DNA of 64,000 nucleotides from a virus. The translations under genes were made by a program, and so were the position numbers. Position 1 is the stretch's first letter. Each line of letters begins with the position of its first letter. Below are positions 18,831-29,037 of this stretch, piece after piece. Below the pieces are notes generated by a model. It saw only the letters and a program-made list of their open reading frames with translations, did no database searches and was not told the origin of the DNA. Location of the stretch: IMG/VR virus record IMGVR_UViG_3300026488_000012, positions 115,976-179,975 of that record; one strand, 5' to 3'.

Positions 18831-19718
18831 ATGCTTAGGAATTTGATATTCGTTCACGATTTTGAGTATGTGGAAAAGATAACTAAAATGTTACAGGATA
18901 AAAATTTTTCTGGAGTATATTTAATACCTATCGAAGATGTTAGGAGATTGCTTTTATTAAATATAGCTAATCCTGTTTTTCACTATGAGTTCGTAAATGA
19001 CAATATGAACAGGTTTGATAAATTTGGTAAGAAGGGTATTGATTATACAATGCTTGACTATACAATAATGAGAAATATGAAAAACTTATTAATTAGTTTT
19101 CTGGAAAGAGTAACCACTAAAGGAATAAAGCATTACTTAGATACACTATATGATAATATATTAAATGGAAAATATAAGAAGGTAAAGACCGAGTTTATTA
19201 CTACAGAAGATGAGGATAGAATTATTACTAAACTAAACGAATACGGTATACCAAGACTAATAGACAAATACATGAATGAGGCTGCTGATATAACTGATTA
19301 TCGTAGTCTAATGGTATTAATATGGAGTATCATAGACATTATTAAAAATTACATCTATGATATCAAAAACAACGAGATAGTGGGATTAACTAACAATATA
19401 TTATCCGTTAATATTAAGAATAACGTAGAAACAGCCTTCGTAATAGTCAATTATCCATACCTGTATAGGCTAGCAGGTATGATAACAGAACTGATACATA
19501 ATAGATTTAATATAAAAGAAGAGGTTAGTAGATATACACCGGTTTACGTAACTTATTTATTGTTAGATCTAGTGTTAAGAAAAAACAAAAATGTAAGAGA
19601 GTTCATAGAGAGTAAATCAAACTTTAATGACGTCGTTAATACCAGTGGTTATATGATGTCTGATTATTTTTTAAATTGCCCTATTATTACAACTGAATTC
19701 TCAAAAATTATTAGATAG
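18831..19718 (+). CDS. hypothetical protein between DnaB and MCP (phiKZ gp119 position)
   Basis: Synteny; SD AAGGAG. Confidence 0.65.
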   Translation: MLRNLIFVHDFEYVEKITKMLQDKNFSGVYLIPIEDVRRLLLLNIANPVFHYEFVNDNMNRFDKFGKKGIDYTMLDYTIMRNMKNLLISFLERVTTKGIKHYLDTLYDNILNGKYKKVKTEFITTEDEDRIITKLNEYGIPRLIDKYMNEAADITDYRSLMVLIWSIIDIIKNYIYDIKNNEIVGLTNNILSVNIKNNVETAFVIVNYPYLYRLAGMITELIHNRFNIKEEVSRYTPVYVTYLLLDLVLRKNKNVREFIESKSNFNDVVNTSGYMMSDYFLNCPIITTEFSKIIR

Positions 19719-19763
19719 TATCCTCGAGATATATTGATTATCAATCTTATACAAGGAGAAAAC

Positions 19764-21890
19764 ATGTTAGATAGATTAATACAAAACTTAGCAGAGAGAG
19801 TAGAAGACGCAAAGTCTCTTAACCCAAATCTGTTCATGGATAAACAAATTACTCAAGAAGTTGTAAGTGCTGGTTTAGAAGATGCTATGGATGAGAACAT
19901 AATGGTTGCTGAACTTGTTTCGCTAGTTAAGACAAACTTGCTAAATGATATAGCTGATGGTATCGAAGATTTAACACCTGTTCAAAGAGATTCAGCAGCT
20001 ATGATTTTACCATTTGTTAATGATCCTAAGACTGCTATTAGTAAATTGTTTAGTGCGCCTAAACAAGATTTCGATGGTGACGATATAGATGCAGTTGTTG
20101 ATAGTTATAAATATGCAGCTGAAGATACAGTTAACGTAGGTATCGAGTATTTCGATATGCAAAATGTTACTACATCAGTAGTGTTTAACGTTGTATATAA
20201 CACGTTCGCACCTAAGCAAGATGAGTTCGCTGAATTATTCTTCCCGATGGTAGCTGTAGACCCTATGACAGCTGGTGCTAAAATTAAAGCTAGAATCATT
20301 AACCTATGGAAAGAATATAAACTTAATGGCGACCCGACACCAGCAGAGGATAAAATCCAAGAATTCCCACTAATTAAAGCTATCTATAATACTGACTTAT
20401 TAACAGCTGACAGAATTAAACTTATACCAGTTGTAAGAGATAGTTATTCTAGTTATCTATTTACAGATGTTAAATGGAACGAAAACTATATGGATGAAAC
20501 TGTAACTACAGCTCCTATTAAATTTGGTAGAAAACTTAACATTATTAGTATTTCTCAAAATGACAAAATGCTTGCTGAAGGTGGTGCTGACTTTACAGAT
20601 GGTATCGAGTCTTCTATTAAAGTACGTGAAGTATATTTCAAACTTAGTGGTAAAGATAAAGATGGAAACGACGTAACAGAAGTATTTAGATTTAGTCTTA
20701 AAAATAGAAACGCATTCCTAAATGAAACTATCCAAGGTAACAATAAACAAATGGTGTTAAACTTCGATGAAGATAAATTCATTATGCTAACACCGGATAC
20801 TAAAGCTATTGATGAGAATGGTAATGAAGTAGATTCAAAAATTATGGAAGCTTTACCTAGCAACCTAAAAATCAATCTTGACCTAGCAATTAACGTAACT
20901 GCTAACGTAGCACTAGGTGACGTAGCTGCATATTTCAATGGTTTAACTATTAAAGATATTACTACAAAAGAAGGTGTTCCTGTAACTCCTGAGAGTGATG
21001 AATATCAAAAAGTTAAAAAAGTAATCGATACAGTACAAGCAGGAGGTATCGTACTTGATGTATACGCAACTCTTGCAAATGCTAAAAGAACAGGAACAAG
21101 AGTTCTTACAAGAAAAGTTGCTGTAGCTGTAACAGTTCCATATAGAACTGGATTTACACAAACATTACCTATCGTTCAAACTGGTAATGACGGAGACCCT
21201 GTAGACCTTATTTCACAAATTATGGGTACAAGAATGAAACTTAACGCATATGCAGTTAAGACAATTACAGAATTCATCAACGATATGAGAGCTAACCCAT
21301 ACCAAAGAATCCAAGGTATTTCACATTACTATGTAGACAACTTCTTCTTTGAAGATACTATTAACCTACAAGAAATTGCAGACAGTATTAGAAGTTCAGA
21401 AAAAGCTGAAGATGTTAGATCAGCATTAATTAACAAAATTAAACTTATCGTATCAAATATGGTGGTACAATCTAACTATCTAGCAGCTAGACAAACTCTT
21501 GGATATACTGGTCCTGTTGATGTGCTAATTGGTACACATGCTTATATTAAAAACAATATCTTTGGTGATGTTACAAGTGAACAAGTAGGTGGATTCAGAT
21601 TTAACTATGGTGCAACTATCTTTGAAGAAGTTAAAGATAAAATCATCATTTCACTTGGTGTAAGAAATAATAATGGTAGAGATATTGACCCACTTAACTT
21701 TGGTGTATGTCTATGGACTCCTGAACTTGTTATTAATACTAGAAAAACAGTAGCTAAAGGTGTTGTACAAGAAGTAAATACTTATCCAAGATTCTTACAT
21801 TACATTAATCTTCCTATTATCGCAGTATTGAACATCGAAGGTGTTGATGCTATCGCTAGCAAAAACATTTTCCATACACAAACTGTTTAA
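19764..21890 (+). CDS. major capsid protein (phiKZ gp120-like)
   Basis: QDEFAELFFPMVAVDP, TAPIKFG, VLIGTH, YPRFLHYINLPI; G-x-E protease-type site VGIE/YFD; ATG 19764 after AAGGAG. Confidence 0.9.
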   Translation: MLDRLIQNLAERVEDAKSLNPNLFMDKQITQEVVSAGLEDAMDENIMVAELVSLVKTNLLNDIADGIEDLTPVQRDSAAMILPFVNDPKTAISKLFSAPKQDFDGDDIDAVVDSYKYAAEDTVNVGIEYFDMQNVTTSVVFNVVYNTFAPKQDEFAELFFPMVAVDPMTAGAKIKARIINLWKEYKLNGDPTPAEDKIQEFPLIKAIYNTDLLTADRIKLIPVVRDSYSSYLFTDVKWNENYMDETVTTAPIKFGRKLNIISISQNDKMLAEGGADFTDGIESSIKVREVYFKLSGKDKDGNDVTEVFRFSLKNRNAFLNETIQGNNKQMVLNFDEDKFIMLTPDTKAIDENGNEVDSKIMEALPSNLKINLDLAINVTANVALGDVAAYFNGLTIKDITTKEGVPVTPESDEYQKVKKVIDTVQAGGIVLDVYATLANAKRTGTRVLTRKVAVAVTVPYRTGFTQTLPIVQTGNDGDPVDLISQIMGTRMKLNAYAVKTITEFINDMRANPYQRIQGISHYYVDNFFFEDTINLQEIADSIRSSEKAEDVRSALINKIKLIVSNMVVQSNYLAARQTLGYTGPVDVLIGTHAYIKNNIFGDVTSEQVGGFRFNYGATIFEEVKDKIIISLGVRNNNGRDIDPLNFGVCLWTPELVINTRKTVAKGVVQEVNTYPRFLHYINLPIIAVLNIEGVDAIASKNIFHTQTV

Positions 21891-21904
21891 TACGTAACTA
21901 ACAA

Positions 21905-21934
21905 ATAACTTAGTGGGATATCCCACTAAGTTAT
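21905..21934 (+). terminator. perfect 30-bp palindrome terminator (GATATC centre)
   Basis: ATAACTTAGTGGGAT/ATCCCACTAAGTTAT + T-run after MCP. Confidence 0.8.
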
Positions 21935-21974
21935 CTTTTTTTATTTGATTACAATTTTAATAAAAGGAGTATTT

Positions 21975-22685
21975 ATGGCTAAAGTTAGATTAAATAAAAA
22001 AGAAAATAATACACAGACAAAGAGACAAGATAAAACGAATAAAGAAGAAAACAAAACTCCCGTTACAGAAGAACAAAAAGCTATGACTAACGATAACGAA
22101 CAGGTGACGATAGTTAAAGACGAAAATACAAATAAGGTAGAAGACAATAAAGAAGTTAAACAAGAAGAGACTGAAACTACACCAGTTAAACCTATAAAGT
22201 ATAGGACTATTAAGTCTAATATGATAGCAAAAGTATTTAAAGATATAACTTTAGAAGAAGCGATTGAGGAAGGTAAAAAATATCCTAACTTGAAAGATAT
22301 CGCGGAAACTTTCGATAGATATATTAAAAACTTCAATATGAAAGATGGAGTGTTAACAGCAAGACTCAATTATGGTATTTATTCAGTTATGAAGACTACT
22401 ATAGAAAAAGATTATAACGAATTTTTACCTAGATTTAGATTTATTAATATGTTAATCTGTAAAGGTAAAACTGATAAACTTAATTCTGTAAGACTACTTT
22501 CACACGACTTTAACTGGAAATGGGGAGGTACTGAGTTTAGAAGGTTTTCTTATCTTGTAACAGCATTAACTGCTAAATGCGAATACGGTAATAAAAGATT
22601 AGAAAACGTTATCTCTATTTCTAAGTTAGTTAAAAAATTTACAGGAAGAACAGCAGAGAATTTACAGAAATATTTTACAGCGTAA
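21975..22685 (+). CDS. conserved hypothetical protein downstream of MCP, low-complexity N-terminus
   Basis: ATG 21975 after AAGGAG; synteny with the phiKZ gp120-123 block. Confidence 0.65.
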   Translation: MAKVRLNKKENNTQTKRQDKTNKEENKTPVTEEQKAMTNDNEQVTIVKDENTNKVEDNKEVKQEETETTPVKPIKYRTIKSNMIAKVFKDITLEEAIEEGKKYPNLKDIAETFDRYIKNFNMKDGVLTARLNYGIYSVMKTTIEKDYNEFLPRFRFINMLICKGKTDKLNSVRLLSHDFNWKWGGTEFRRFSYLVTALTAKCEYGNKRLENVISISKLVKKFTGRTAENLQKYFTA

Positions 22686-22704
22686 GGGATATCCCTTACG
22701 CTGT
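22677..22704 (+). terminator. perfect 28-bp palindrome terminator including the stop codon
   Basis: ACAGCGTAAGGGAT/ATCCCTTACGCTGT. Confidence 0.78.
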
Positions 22705-22727
22705 GTATTTTTATTTATTTATATCGT

Positions 22728-22748
22728 TATCTTATTAAAAAGTAAAAC
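22728..22748 (+). promoter_or_regulatory. early promoter variant
   Basis: TATCTTATTAAAAAGTAAAAC + A-tract + AAGGAG. Confidence 0.5.
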
Positions 22749-22770
22749 AACAAAAAACAAAGGAGCTAAC

Positions 22771-23820
22771 ATGTTAGATTTTAATAAAGTATTTGATATC
22801 GTAAAGTACGAGTATACAGAAGAAAAAGAGTATGGAGATTATATCTACAGTACAGGGGACGAATCTATCTCTATAAACGAAGATGTGATTGCGCCATCTA
22901 TAAGAATTAATTTCTATAAAAACTTTAAGGAAGACGTTGGTGTTTATGACGGGGTTATATTAATACCTGTTACGTATAGAGAAAAACCTATATCCAGTAG
23001 ATTTAGGGAGGAAGGGTTGTATATGGTAAAAACCATTACATATAAGAAAATGTCTAGAGTAGAGGTTGAAAGATTGATTAAGTATTACGAAGAGTTAAGG
23101 GATAACGATAGTAGAAAAATAGCGGAAATAATAGCTAAGCAGGTAGATAACTACTTTAATTATAAAGTAACCATAAGAGAGATAGACTTCATAAGCAAGG
23201 ATGACTTAATGCATTTTGGTGTATTGAATTTTAGTAACTATATTATAAGATACGGGTCTATGTACGATGATAATGACGATGTTATTACAGGTGATATGAA
23301 GTTCGTATCCGTAACTAATGATAATATAAGTAAAGAAAGAGTATATACCTTAAATATAGAAGGTAATCAGATAGATATACCTCAGTTCTTTAGAGATGAG
23401 TTAAAAAAGGATGTAGAAGAAGGGGTGTATTTAGCTACTAATAAGAAGTTGATAAAACTACCATATGCTAATATCCTATCTTATAAGGCTATTAACGAAG
23501 CGTGGAAAGCAGTTAAAAAAGAGTTAGAAGATTCAGGTAGAAGAATAATAGAGGATATGATAGATGTAAGAAAAACAATCATTAACATGGTGTTTCAGAA
23601 GCATAAAATCGTTTACGATATAATAAAACAGAGAGAGGAACTTAAAGCTATGTATACTTTAAACGAACAGAAAAAAGAACTGGAGGAGATTAAACTTAAT
23701 AGTACTGTATCTAAAGCTAATTTGGAATTAGAAGTAGCTGCGAGAAAAGCGGAGTTAACTGAATACCAGAGTATGAGTAGTTTTGTTACGTCGCTATTTA
23801 AGATGTTGGGTATACTTTAG
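22771..23820 (+). CDS. early hypothetical protein with C-terminal coiled coil
   Basis: Long ORF, SD. Confidence 0.75.
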   Translation: MLDFNKVFDIVKYEYTEEKEYGDYIYSTGDESISINEDVIAPSIRINFYKNFKEDVGVYDGVILIPVTYREKPISSRFREEGLYMVKTITYKKMSRVEVERLIKYYEELRDNDSRKIAEIIAKQVDNYFNYKVTIREIDFISKDDLMHFGVLNFSNYIIRYGSMYDDNDDVITGDMKFVSVTNDNISKERVYTLNIEGNQIDIPQFFRDELKKDVEEGVYLATNKKLIKLPYANILSYKAINEAWKAVKKELEDSGRRIIEDMIDVRKTIINMVFQKHKIVYDIIKQREELKAMYTLNEQKKELEEIKLNSTVSKANLELEVAARKAELTEYQSMSSFVTSLFKMLGIL

Positions 23821-23885
23821 AAAAAAATTAAAGTATGTTTATCTATGAGTACATATGATGTCTAAAATTAAATTAGGAGGTAAAT

Positions 23886-25565
23886 ATGAACAAAGTACTA
23901 AAATCTGTTCTTAATGACAAAAATAAGAAACATATGAACAGAGTGGTAATGGAGGGTATACCTAAACACTCCATATTAAAAGCACCTGAGTTTGTAGATG
24001 CATTAATACGTGATAACATAAAAGAGTTAGATCCATCTATTAAACTCGTTTATAAAGGATTTAGGTACTTAGATCCTAGAGAAGAGTATGAGACTGATAA
24101 AATAGGTACGAGTTATGATTTAGCTATGAACTATCTGTATAAGATAGAATTACAATTTGAGTTAGATGGTGAACCATTTAACCGTATATTAGCGTTACCA
24201 TTTGTAGAAGAGAATGGTAGTGTAATTAAATTATCAGATACACAATATGTTATGTTACCAGTTCTCACTGAGTATGCTATCAATCCTACCGGTGGTAAAG
24301 TATTTATTAGATTGTTAAAAGACAAATTAAACTTTATGAGACAGGATAGACCGTTCATAGTTAATGGTATCCTAACAAGCTTGCCATATATATATGCTCA
24401 CACATATAAATTAAAGAGTAATGGTATATTCGATAAGGTACCGTTAGGTTTATATTTATTCTATAAAGATGGTTTATTCGAGACCTTTAAAAAGAGAGCA
24501 GGTGTAGATGTAATAATTACTGACAAAGATGAAGAAGTTGAAAAATTTAGAGAGACTCACGATGTATACGAAGTAACAGGTAAGAAACCTAAGATGGTTA
24601 AAATATCTAACTATAGACCTCCTAAGTTTAAAGTTCTGTTACCTAAAGAACATAGTAAGAACTTATTCGCTAAATCATTAATAGCTAACCTGTTATTCGC
24701 TTTTGAATTATATTCAGATTTTGTTAATTTGTATTATAAGGTTCATTATGACTCTTTAGAACAAGAGAGAGGATTTTGGAAATTATTACTGGCTAAAATT
24801 ATTTTCAAAGATGCATACGAAATCGATAAACTTCTAAGTAACATTCAAACACACTTAGACTTGTTAAAGACGTATTTAGACGTGACGGTTAAGAGTAGGT
24901 TGGAAGAATTAGGGATTTATCTAAACGATTTCTACGACCTTATAGCTTATGTCATGGAGAATTACCATAAGCTTGTCATTAACTCAGAAAAAAGATCTGG
25001 AGATATAGAGAACAGATATATAGAAGTTCTCTATTACGTGCTATTCGATATTATAGCGGGTATTAATAAGACGTTCTTTAAGATAAACGAAAACTTCAGA
25101 AACAAACAAGCTACTATTAAGAACATAAACAGTATATTTAATCAGGAGTTATCCCCTAAGAAGATTTATTCGATTATTAAAAATGGGGGAACTAACTTAG
25201 CAATTATGGGGATAGACTACACCGGAGATAACTTATATCCTAAGATATCTTCTATATTAGAAGATCAAAATAGAGGTAGAGGTGTTAAGAGAGATAAGGA
25301 TAACGCTTTTCCTCCATACATAAGGAATATAAGAGCTGAGGATATAGTTTTCGGTTCTATCTTATATCTACCTAAAAAATCTCCTACTCCGAGATTAAGA
25401 ATTAATCCTTATATAGAGATTAATCCTAATAACGGTAAGTTTATAATTGATGAGTATAAAAACTTTATTGATATTGTTAACAGTATGTTAGAAGGTAAAT
25501 TAGAGGATGATGAACTACTCGATAGGATTATTGTAGATGAAGACGATAAAGTAGAAGGAGCCTAA
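23886..25565 (+). CDS. non-virion RNA polymerase beta subunit, N-terminal part (phiKZ gp123-like)
   Basis: Position after the MCP block; YLDPREEY, LALPFV..G..IKLSDT.Y..PV, QNRGRG, RINPY; same RBS as the other nvRNAP genes. Confidence 0.75.
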   Translation: MNKVLKSVLNDKNKKHMNRVVMEGIPKHSILKAPEFVDALIRDNIKELDPSIKLVYKGFRYLDPREEYETDKIGTSYDLAMNYLYKIELQFELDGEPFNRILALPFVEENGSVIKLSDTQYVMLPVLTEYAINPTGGKVFIRLLKDKLNFMRQDRPFIVNGILTSLPYIYAHTYKLKSNGIFDKVPLGLYLFYKDGLFETFKKRAGVDVIITDKDEEVEKFRETHDVYEVTGKKPKMVKISNYRPPKFKVLLPKEHSKNLFAKSLIANLLFAFELYSDFVNLYYKVHYDSLEQERGFWKLLLAKIIFKDAYEIDKLLSNIQTHLDLLKTYLDVTVKSRLEELGIYLNDFYDLIAYVMENYHKLVINSEKRSGDIENRYIEVLYYVLFDIIAGINKTFFKINENFRNKQATIKNINSIFNQELSPKKIYSIIKNGGTNLAIMGIDYTGDNLYPKISSILEDQNRGRGVKRDKDNAFPPYIRNIRAEDIVFGSILYLPKKSPTPRLRINPYIEINPNNGKFIIDEYKNFIDIVNSMLEGKLEDDELLDRIIVDEDDKVEGA

Positions 25566-25596
25566 TGCTCCTTTAAATTAAAATAAGGAGGCAAGT

Positions 25597-26106
25597 ATGG
25601 AAAATTATAAAATTATAGAAGATTACATAAAAAAGATAGAAGAACTATCCGAACGTGATATGATACCAGAGGATAAAATAAATGGAATAATTAATTCTAT
25701 ATGCTCTCTTATCCTAGAGTTATACAAAAAATCCTATATAAAACCCGATAAGGAATATTTACTTAGTAAAGGATCCTTACGCGATCCGGGTTTCGGTAAA
25801 GAAAGGGTTGACATTTTTATAGCTGTTAAAGATGGTGAAATAAAACTTATAAAGAAAAATATGTTTGGAATGGACGAATATAATTTAATAGAAAACTTCG
25901 CAAACGAGTTTAATTTTTGCAAGGAGTTTAAAGATTATTTACTAAATTTTGTTAATAGCGAAGTTGACGATGTTCGCGATATGGAGCTTCTACTAGATGT
26001 TCTGAGATTTATAAAAGATGTACTAAAAAATGGGTATATTAGAAGAGAGAAAAAAGTAAACAGCATTATAAATGTTGTTTTAGAGACATTAAAAGAAAAT
26101 GATTGA
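25597..26106 (+). CDS. hypothetical protein
   Basis: AAGGAGG SD. Confidence 0.75.
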   Translation: MENYKIIEDYIKKIEELSERDMIPEDKINGIINSICSLILELYKKSYIKPDKEYLLSKGSLRDPGFGKERVDIFIAVKDGEIKLIKKNMFGMDEYNLIENFANEFNFCKEFKDYLLNFVNSEVDDVRDMELLLDVLRFIKDVLKNGYIRREKKVNSIINVVLETLKEND

Positions 26107-26117
26107 AGGAGGTAGTA

Positions 26118-26576
26118 ATGAAAAGATTAGTATTAACTTGCAATGGTAGAGGTGTGGTAGAGGCTATTTATGATAAAGACGATAAAATAGATAACTATAT
26201 AAAAGAAGAACTAGATGGTAGTTCAGATAAATTGTTTACAGAAGTAAACTTAGAAGACTCAGGTGCTAACATAGTCAATGGTTATTTAAGGATACCTATT
26301 AAAGATGTAGATGGTAATTTTAATCCTGAAGAAAAACGTATGATGGTAGAAGTGGTAGAGTGTGAAGAGAGTCTTACTGTAAAAATTACTAATAACACTA
26401 CTAGAAAAGATATGGACAAGTTATTTAAGGAGGAATGGGAAAAAGTAAAAGACTTAAACCTAGGATGTAAAAAGGTAGAAACAGATAATTCTAAGTCTAT
26501 AATCTGTGATAGTTATAGATATAAGGTATCATTAGTGGATGACGATAGTATTTCCACTATAATTACAGTTGATTAG
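26118..26576 (+). CDS. hypothetical protein
   Basis: ATG 26118 after AAGGAGG. Confidence 0.7.
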   Translation: MKRLVLTCNGRGVVEAIYDKDDKIDNYIKEELDGSSDKLFTEVNLEDSGANIVNGYLRIPIKDVDGNFNPEEKRMMVEVVECEESLTVKITNNTTRKDMDKLFKEEWEKVKDLNLGCKKVETDNSKSIICDSYRYKVSLVDDDSISTIITVD

Positions 26577-26656
26577 TAATAGAATATCGAGTTTAATAAA
26601 CAGTTAAAAATAACCGGGAGTTATCTCGGTTATTTTTTTTTATTTTTTTATAATTA

Positions 26657-26675
26657 TATATTACTAAGATACGTG
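26657..26675 (+). promoter_or_regulatory. early promoter
   Basis: TATATTACTAAGATACGTG with exact TATTAC core after hairpin 26609-26634 and a T-tract. Confidence 0.7.
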
Positions 26676-26686
26676 ATTAAAAAAAA

Positions 26687-26819
26687 ACCCGTAAGTCCTT
26701 TTTGAAAGAGTACTGCTCTCCTGGAGAAGGAGGAGACTACGACTTATCCCGTTGTTCTGTGGGAAGTCAGAAAGTCTCCTCGACGAAGGAGAGATGTGGA
26801 AAATCAAGAAGGCAGGGGT
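26687..26819 (+). ncRNA. structured 5'-leader RNA, variant B
   Basis: Stems 26716-22/26787-93, 26730-38/26773-81, 26741-44/26765-68, 26747-50/26761-64 plus basal stems; loops conserved relative to variant A. Confidence 0.8.
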
Positions 26820-26833
26820 AAAAGGAGCCAAAA

Positions 26834-29020
26834 ATGGCTAAATTAATAGTGAAAAGAGATAGAATTGTATTTAAAAAAGAAACTATCTTAGAAAATAGAT
26901 CTTTGACAATTAAAGGTCTAAAAAGATTTCTCAACAAGAGAAATCTTAAAATAAAAGAAAAAGATTTAAGCGCAGCATATGCTGCGTATACTGGAGAAAA
27001 TTCTCCAGTTAAAGTTCCTGTTATAACAGGGAAAAGAAGAAAAGGAGTTGTTTCTAGGGAAGAAAGAATCCCTAGAAACACTCCTGTTAAAAGTCTAAGG
27101 GGGGATATCCTCCCTAAAAAAGTCTCTTTAAAAGAGAGACTTAAAGCGGCTGTGAAAAAAGCAAAAGAAGACGGTCATAGATTCGCAGCCGTTAGAACCG
27201 CATACGGTCTTATCGAAGTTCGTAGAAGAACGAGCTTTGATGAGACCTATGAAGTTTTTATGGAGGTCTTTAAAGAAAAAAGGGCTGAAATACTAGCGTA
27301 TGAAAAAGCGCTAAGTGAGGACTTGTCCCATCCTCACTTAGCGAAACATTATATTAAAGAGTTTGGGGACAAAATTATCCCATACTTTAAGCTGGTTGAT
27401 ACAATGGCTTTATCCTACGGTATGAATCCAAGGAACGTGTGGGATTCATGCGGAGTATGGGGAATATCTCCTGACCTATTCCTATTCAAGATTGGTGACA
27501 AAGAACATCTTCACAACATAAAAGTTGTGAAGATGTTCGTGGAGATAGCCCTAGAAACTTTAAGAGTTAGGGGGAGGGTGGATCGTATTCCAAGTATATT
27601 CCACCCATCAGTATTTTTCGAACAAAGAGAAAGAATGAAAGAATACAAAGAAAAAATTGATTCTAATATAGTCTATCCAGGGATCGAAGAGTATGAAATA
27701 TTTATCTCGATCTTCTGGAGACTATATAAAAAATACGGAGTAGACGGAATTCCGTCACTACGCATTACCCAGTTAATGAACTGGGATGAAACCTGGGATG
27801 AATTACTGGGTTGGAAAGACGAGGATCTATTACCTCTAACGCTAATGTTAATAGATTCGGACTTCTACTCCATCGATAAAGTTAAAACCGGTGAGGGTAG
27901 AAGAGGCGGCTATTATAAGATAAATTTCAGAAAACTAAATAACTGGAAGAAACTTAGCAAGAGGGAAAAAGCTAAGTTTCTTCCAGCGCCATTAGCTTGG
28001 AGACTCCTATTCAATAGGAAAGCTCCAGATGGAATCGAATTTCGTGATCCTAATCCTGTTAACTTCACGAGAGCTTCTCAAAGGGCTTTTCGTGAGTTAG
28101 CAGAAATCATCAAACGCGACGACAGGGGATATTTTGCTGCTAACATTAAAGCAGCGTATCACCTTAGTCTCGCGTTTGGTGATATGAATACAGTGAAAAG
28201 ATGGCTAAACGCACTAGGATTGAAAGTGGATGCGCTAGGCATTCACGACGCGTTCGTAAACGCCCACCATTTCTTAAAGCTTAAATATAAAGAAAAATGG
28301 GCGGCGCTCCTAATCAAATTCCCTGGGCTCAGAAAAGTTACATGGGCTTTTAGGGAGTTTGAGAGGGAGTTTGGACGCGTAGCAACTAAAACTGAAATCA
28401 GTAGCTATGCCGCGACTAAAAAATATAGGAATGTAAAATTAAAAGATGTCGCGGAGATAGCTGCTGAGTTAAAATTATCTCAGAGGGAATTTGAGGATTA
28501 TCAAAACTTTTTCCTCAAAACCCCTGAGAAAAAATCTACTATGTTACCAAATGTGGTTGTCGAGAAAGGTGAATATAAATTTAGAAAACTCGATGACCAC
28601 GATAAAATAGGCCCGTTCTTAGGGTTGTTGACAGACTGTTGTCAACACCTCCATAACGCAGGTGACACATGTGCTAAGGCGGGATGGAGGGACCCTGAGA
28701 GCGGGTTCTATGTCGTCGAGAAAGACGGCAAAATAGTTGCACAATCTTGGGCGTGGAGAGGTAAAAAAGGCGAGCTTTGCTTTGACTCTATAGAAGGGCT
28801 CGGTAATGTTAATGTTAATATAATTGCCGAGCTATATAAAGAAGCAGCTCGTCAGTTAGTCGGCAAAATGGGGATCACTCGCGTGACTGTGGGTGATACC
28901 TCATATGGCTTAACTGAGGATGTAAAACAAATCCTCGGTGGAGTCAACCGCGAGTCAGCGGTCATGATCAAAAAGGTGTCTTATACAGACGCTGATGATC
29001 AGTGGCTCTTAGCCGACTAA
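26834..29020 (+). CDS. large basic protein with C-terminal PcfJ-like/GNAT-fold domain; elevated GC
   Basis: K/R-rich N-terminus; C-terminal LGLLTDCCQH..AG.TC..GFYVVE..GKIVAQSWAW..LCFDSIE. Confidence 0.6.
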   Translation: MAKLIVKRDRIVFKKETILENRSLTIKGLKRFLNKRNLKIKEKDLSAAYAAYTGENSPVKVPVITGKRRKGVVSREERIPRNTPVKSLRGDILPKKVSLKERLKAAVKKAKEDGHRFAAVRTAYGLIEVRRRTSFDETYEVFMEVFKEKRAEILAYEKALSEDLSHPHLAKHYIKEFGDKIIPYFKLVDTMALSYGMNPRNVWDSCGVWGISPDLFLFKIGDKEHLHNIKVVKMFVEIALETLRVRGRVDRIPSIFHPSVFFEQRERMKEYKEKIDSNIVYPGIEEYEIFISIFWRLYKKYGVDGIPSLRITQLMNWDETWDELLGWKDEDLLPLTLMLIDSDFYSIDKVKTGEGRRGGYYKINFRKLNNWKKLSKREKAKFLPAPLAWRLLFNRKAPDGIEFRDPNPVNFTRASQRAFRELAEIIKRDDRGYFAANIKAAYHLSLAFGDMNTVKRWLNALGLKVDALGIHDAFVNAHHFLKLKYKEKWAALLIKFPGLRKVTWAFREFEREFGRVATKTEISSYAATKKYRNVKLKDVAEIAAELKLSQREFEDYQNFFLKTPEKKSTMLPNVVVEKGEYKFRKLDDHDKIGPFLGLLTDCCQHLHNAGDTCAKAGWRDPESGFYVVEKDGKIVAQSWAWRGKKGELCFDSIEGLGNVNVNIIAELYKEAARQLVGKMGITRVTVGDTSYGLTEDVKQILGGVNRESAVMIKKVSYTDADDQWLLAD

Positions 29021-29037
29021 CCTCTCCTTTTTTTTTT

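Noticed and set aside
29021-29037. CTCCTTTT after the PcfJ-like gene complementary to its own SD (long-range pairing?)
   Set aside because: An 8-nt match that is common in this genome (the reverse complement of the universal SD); no further support.
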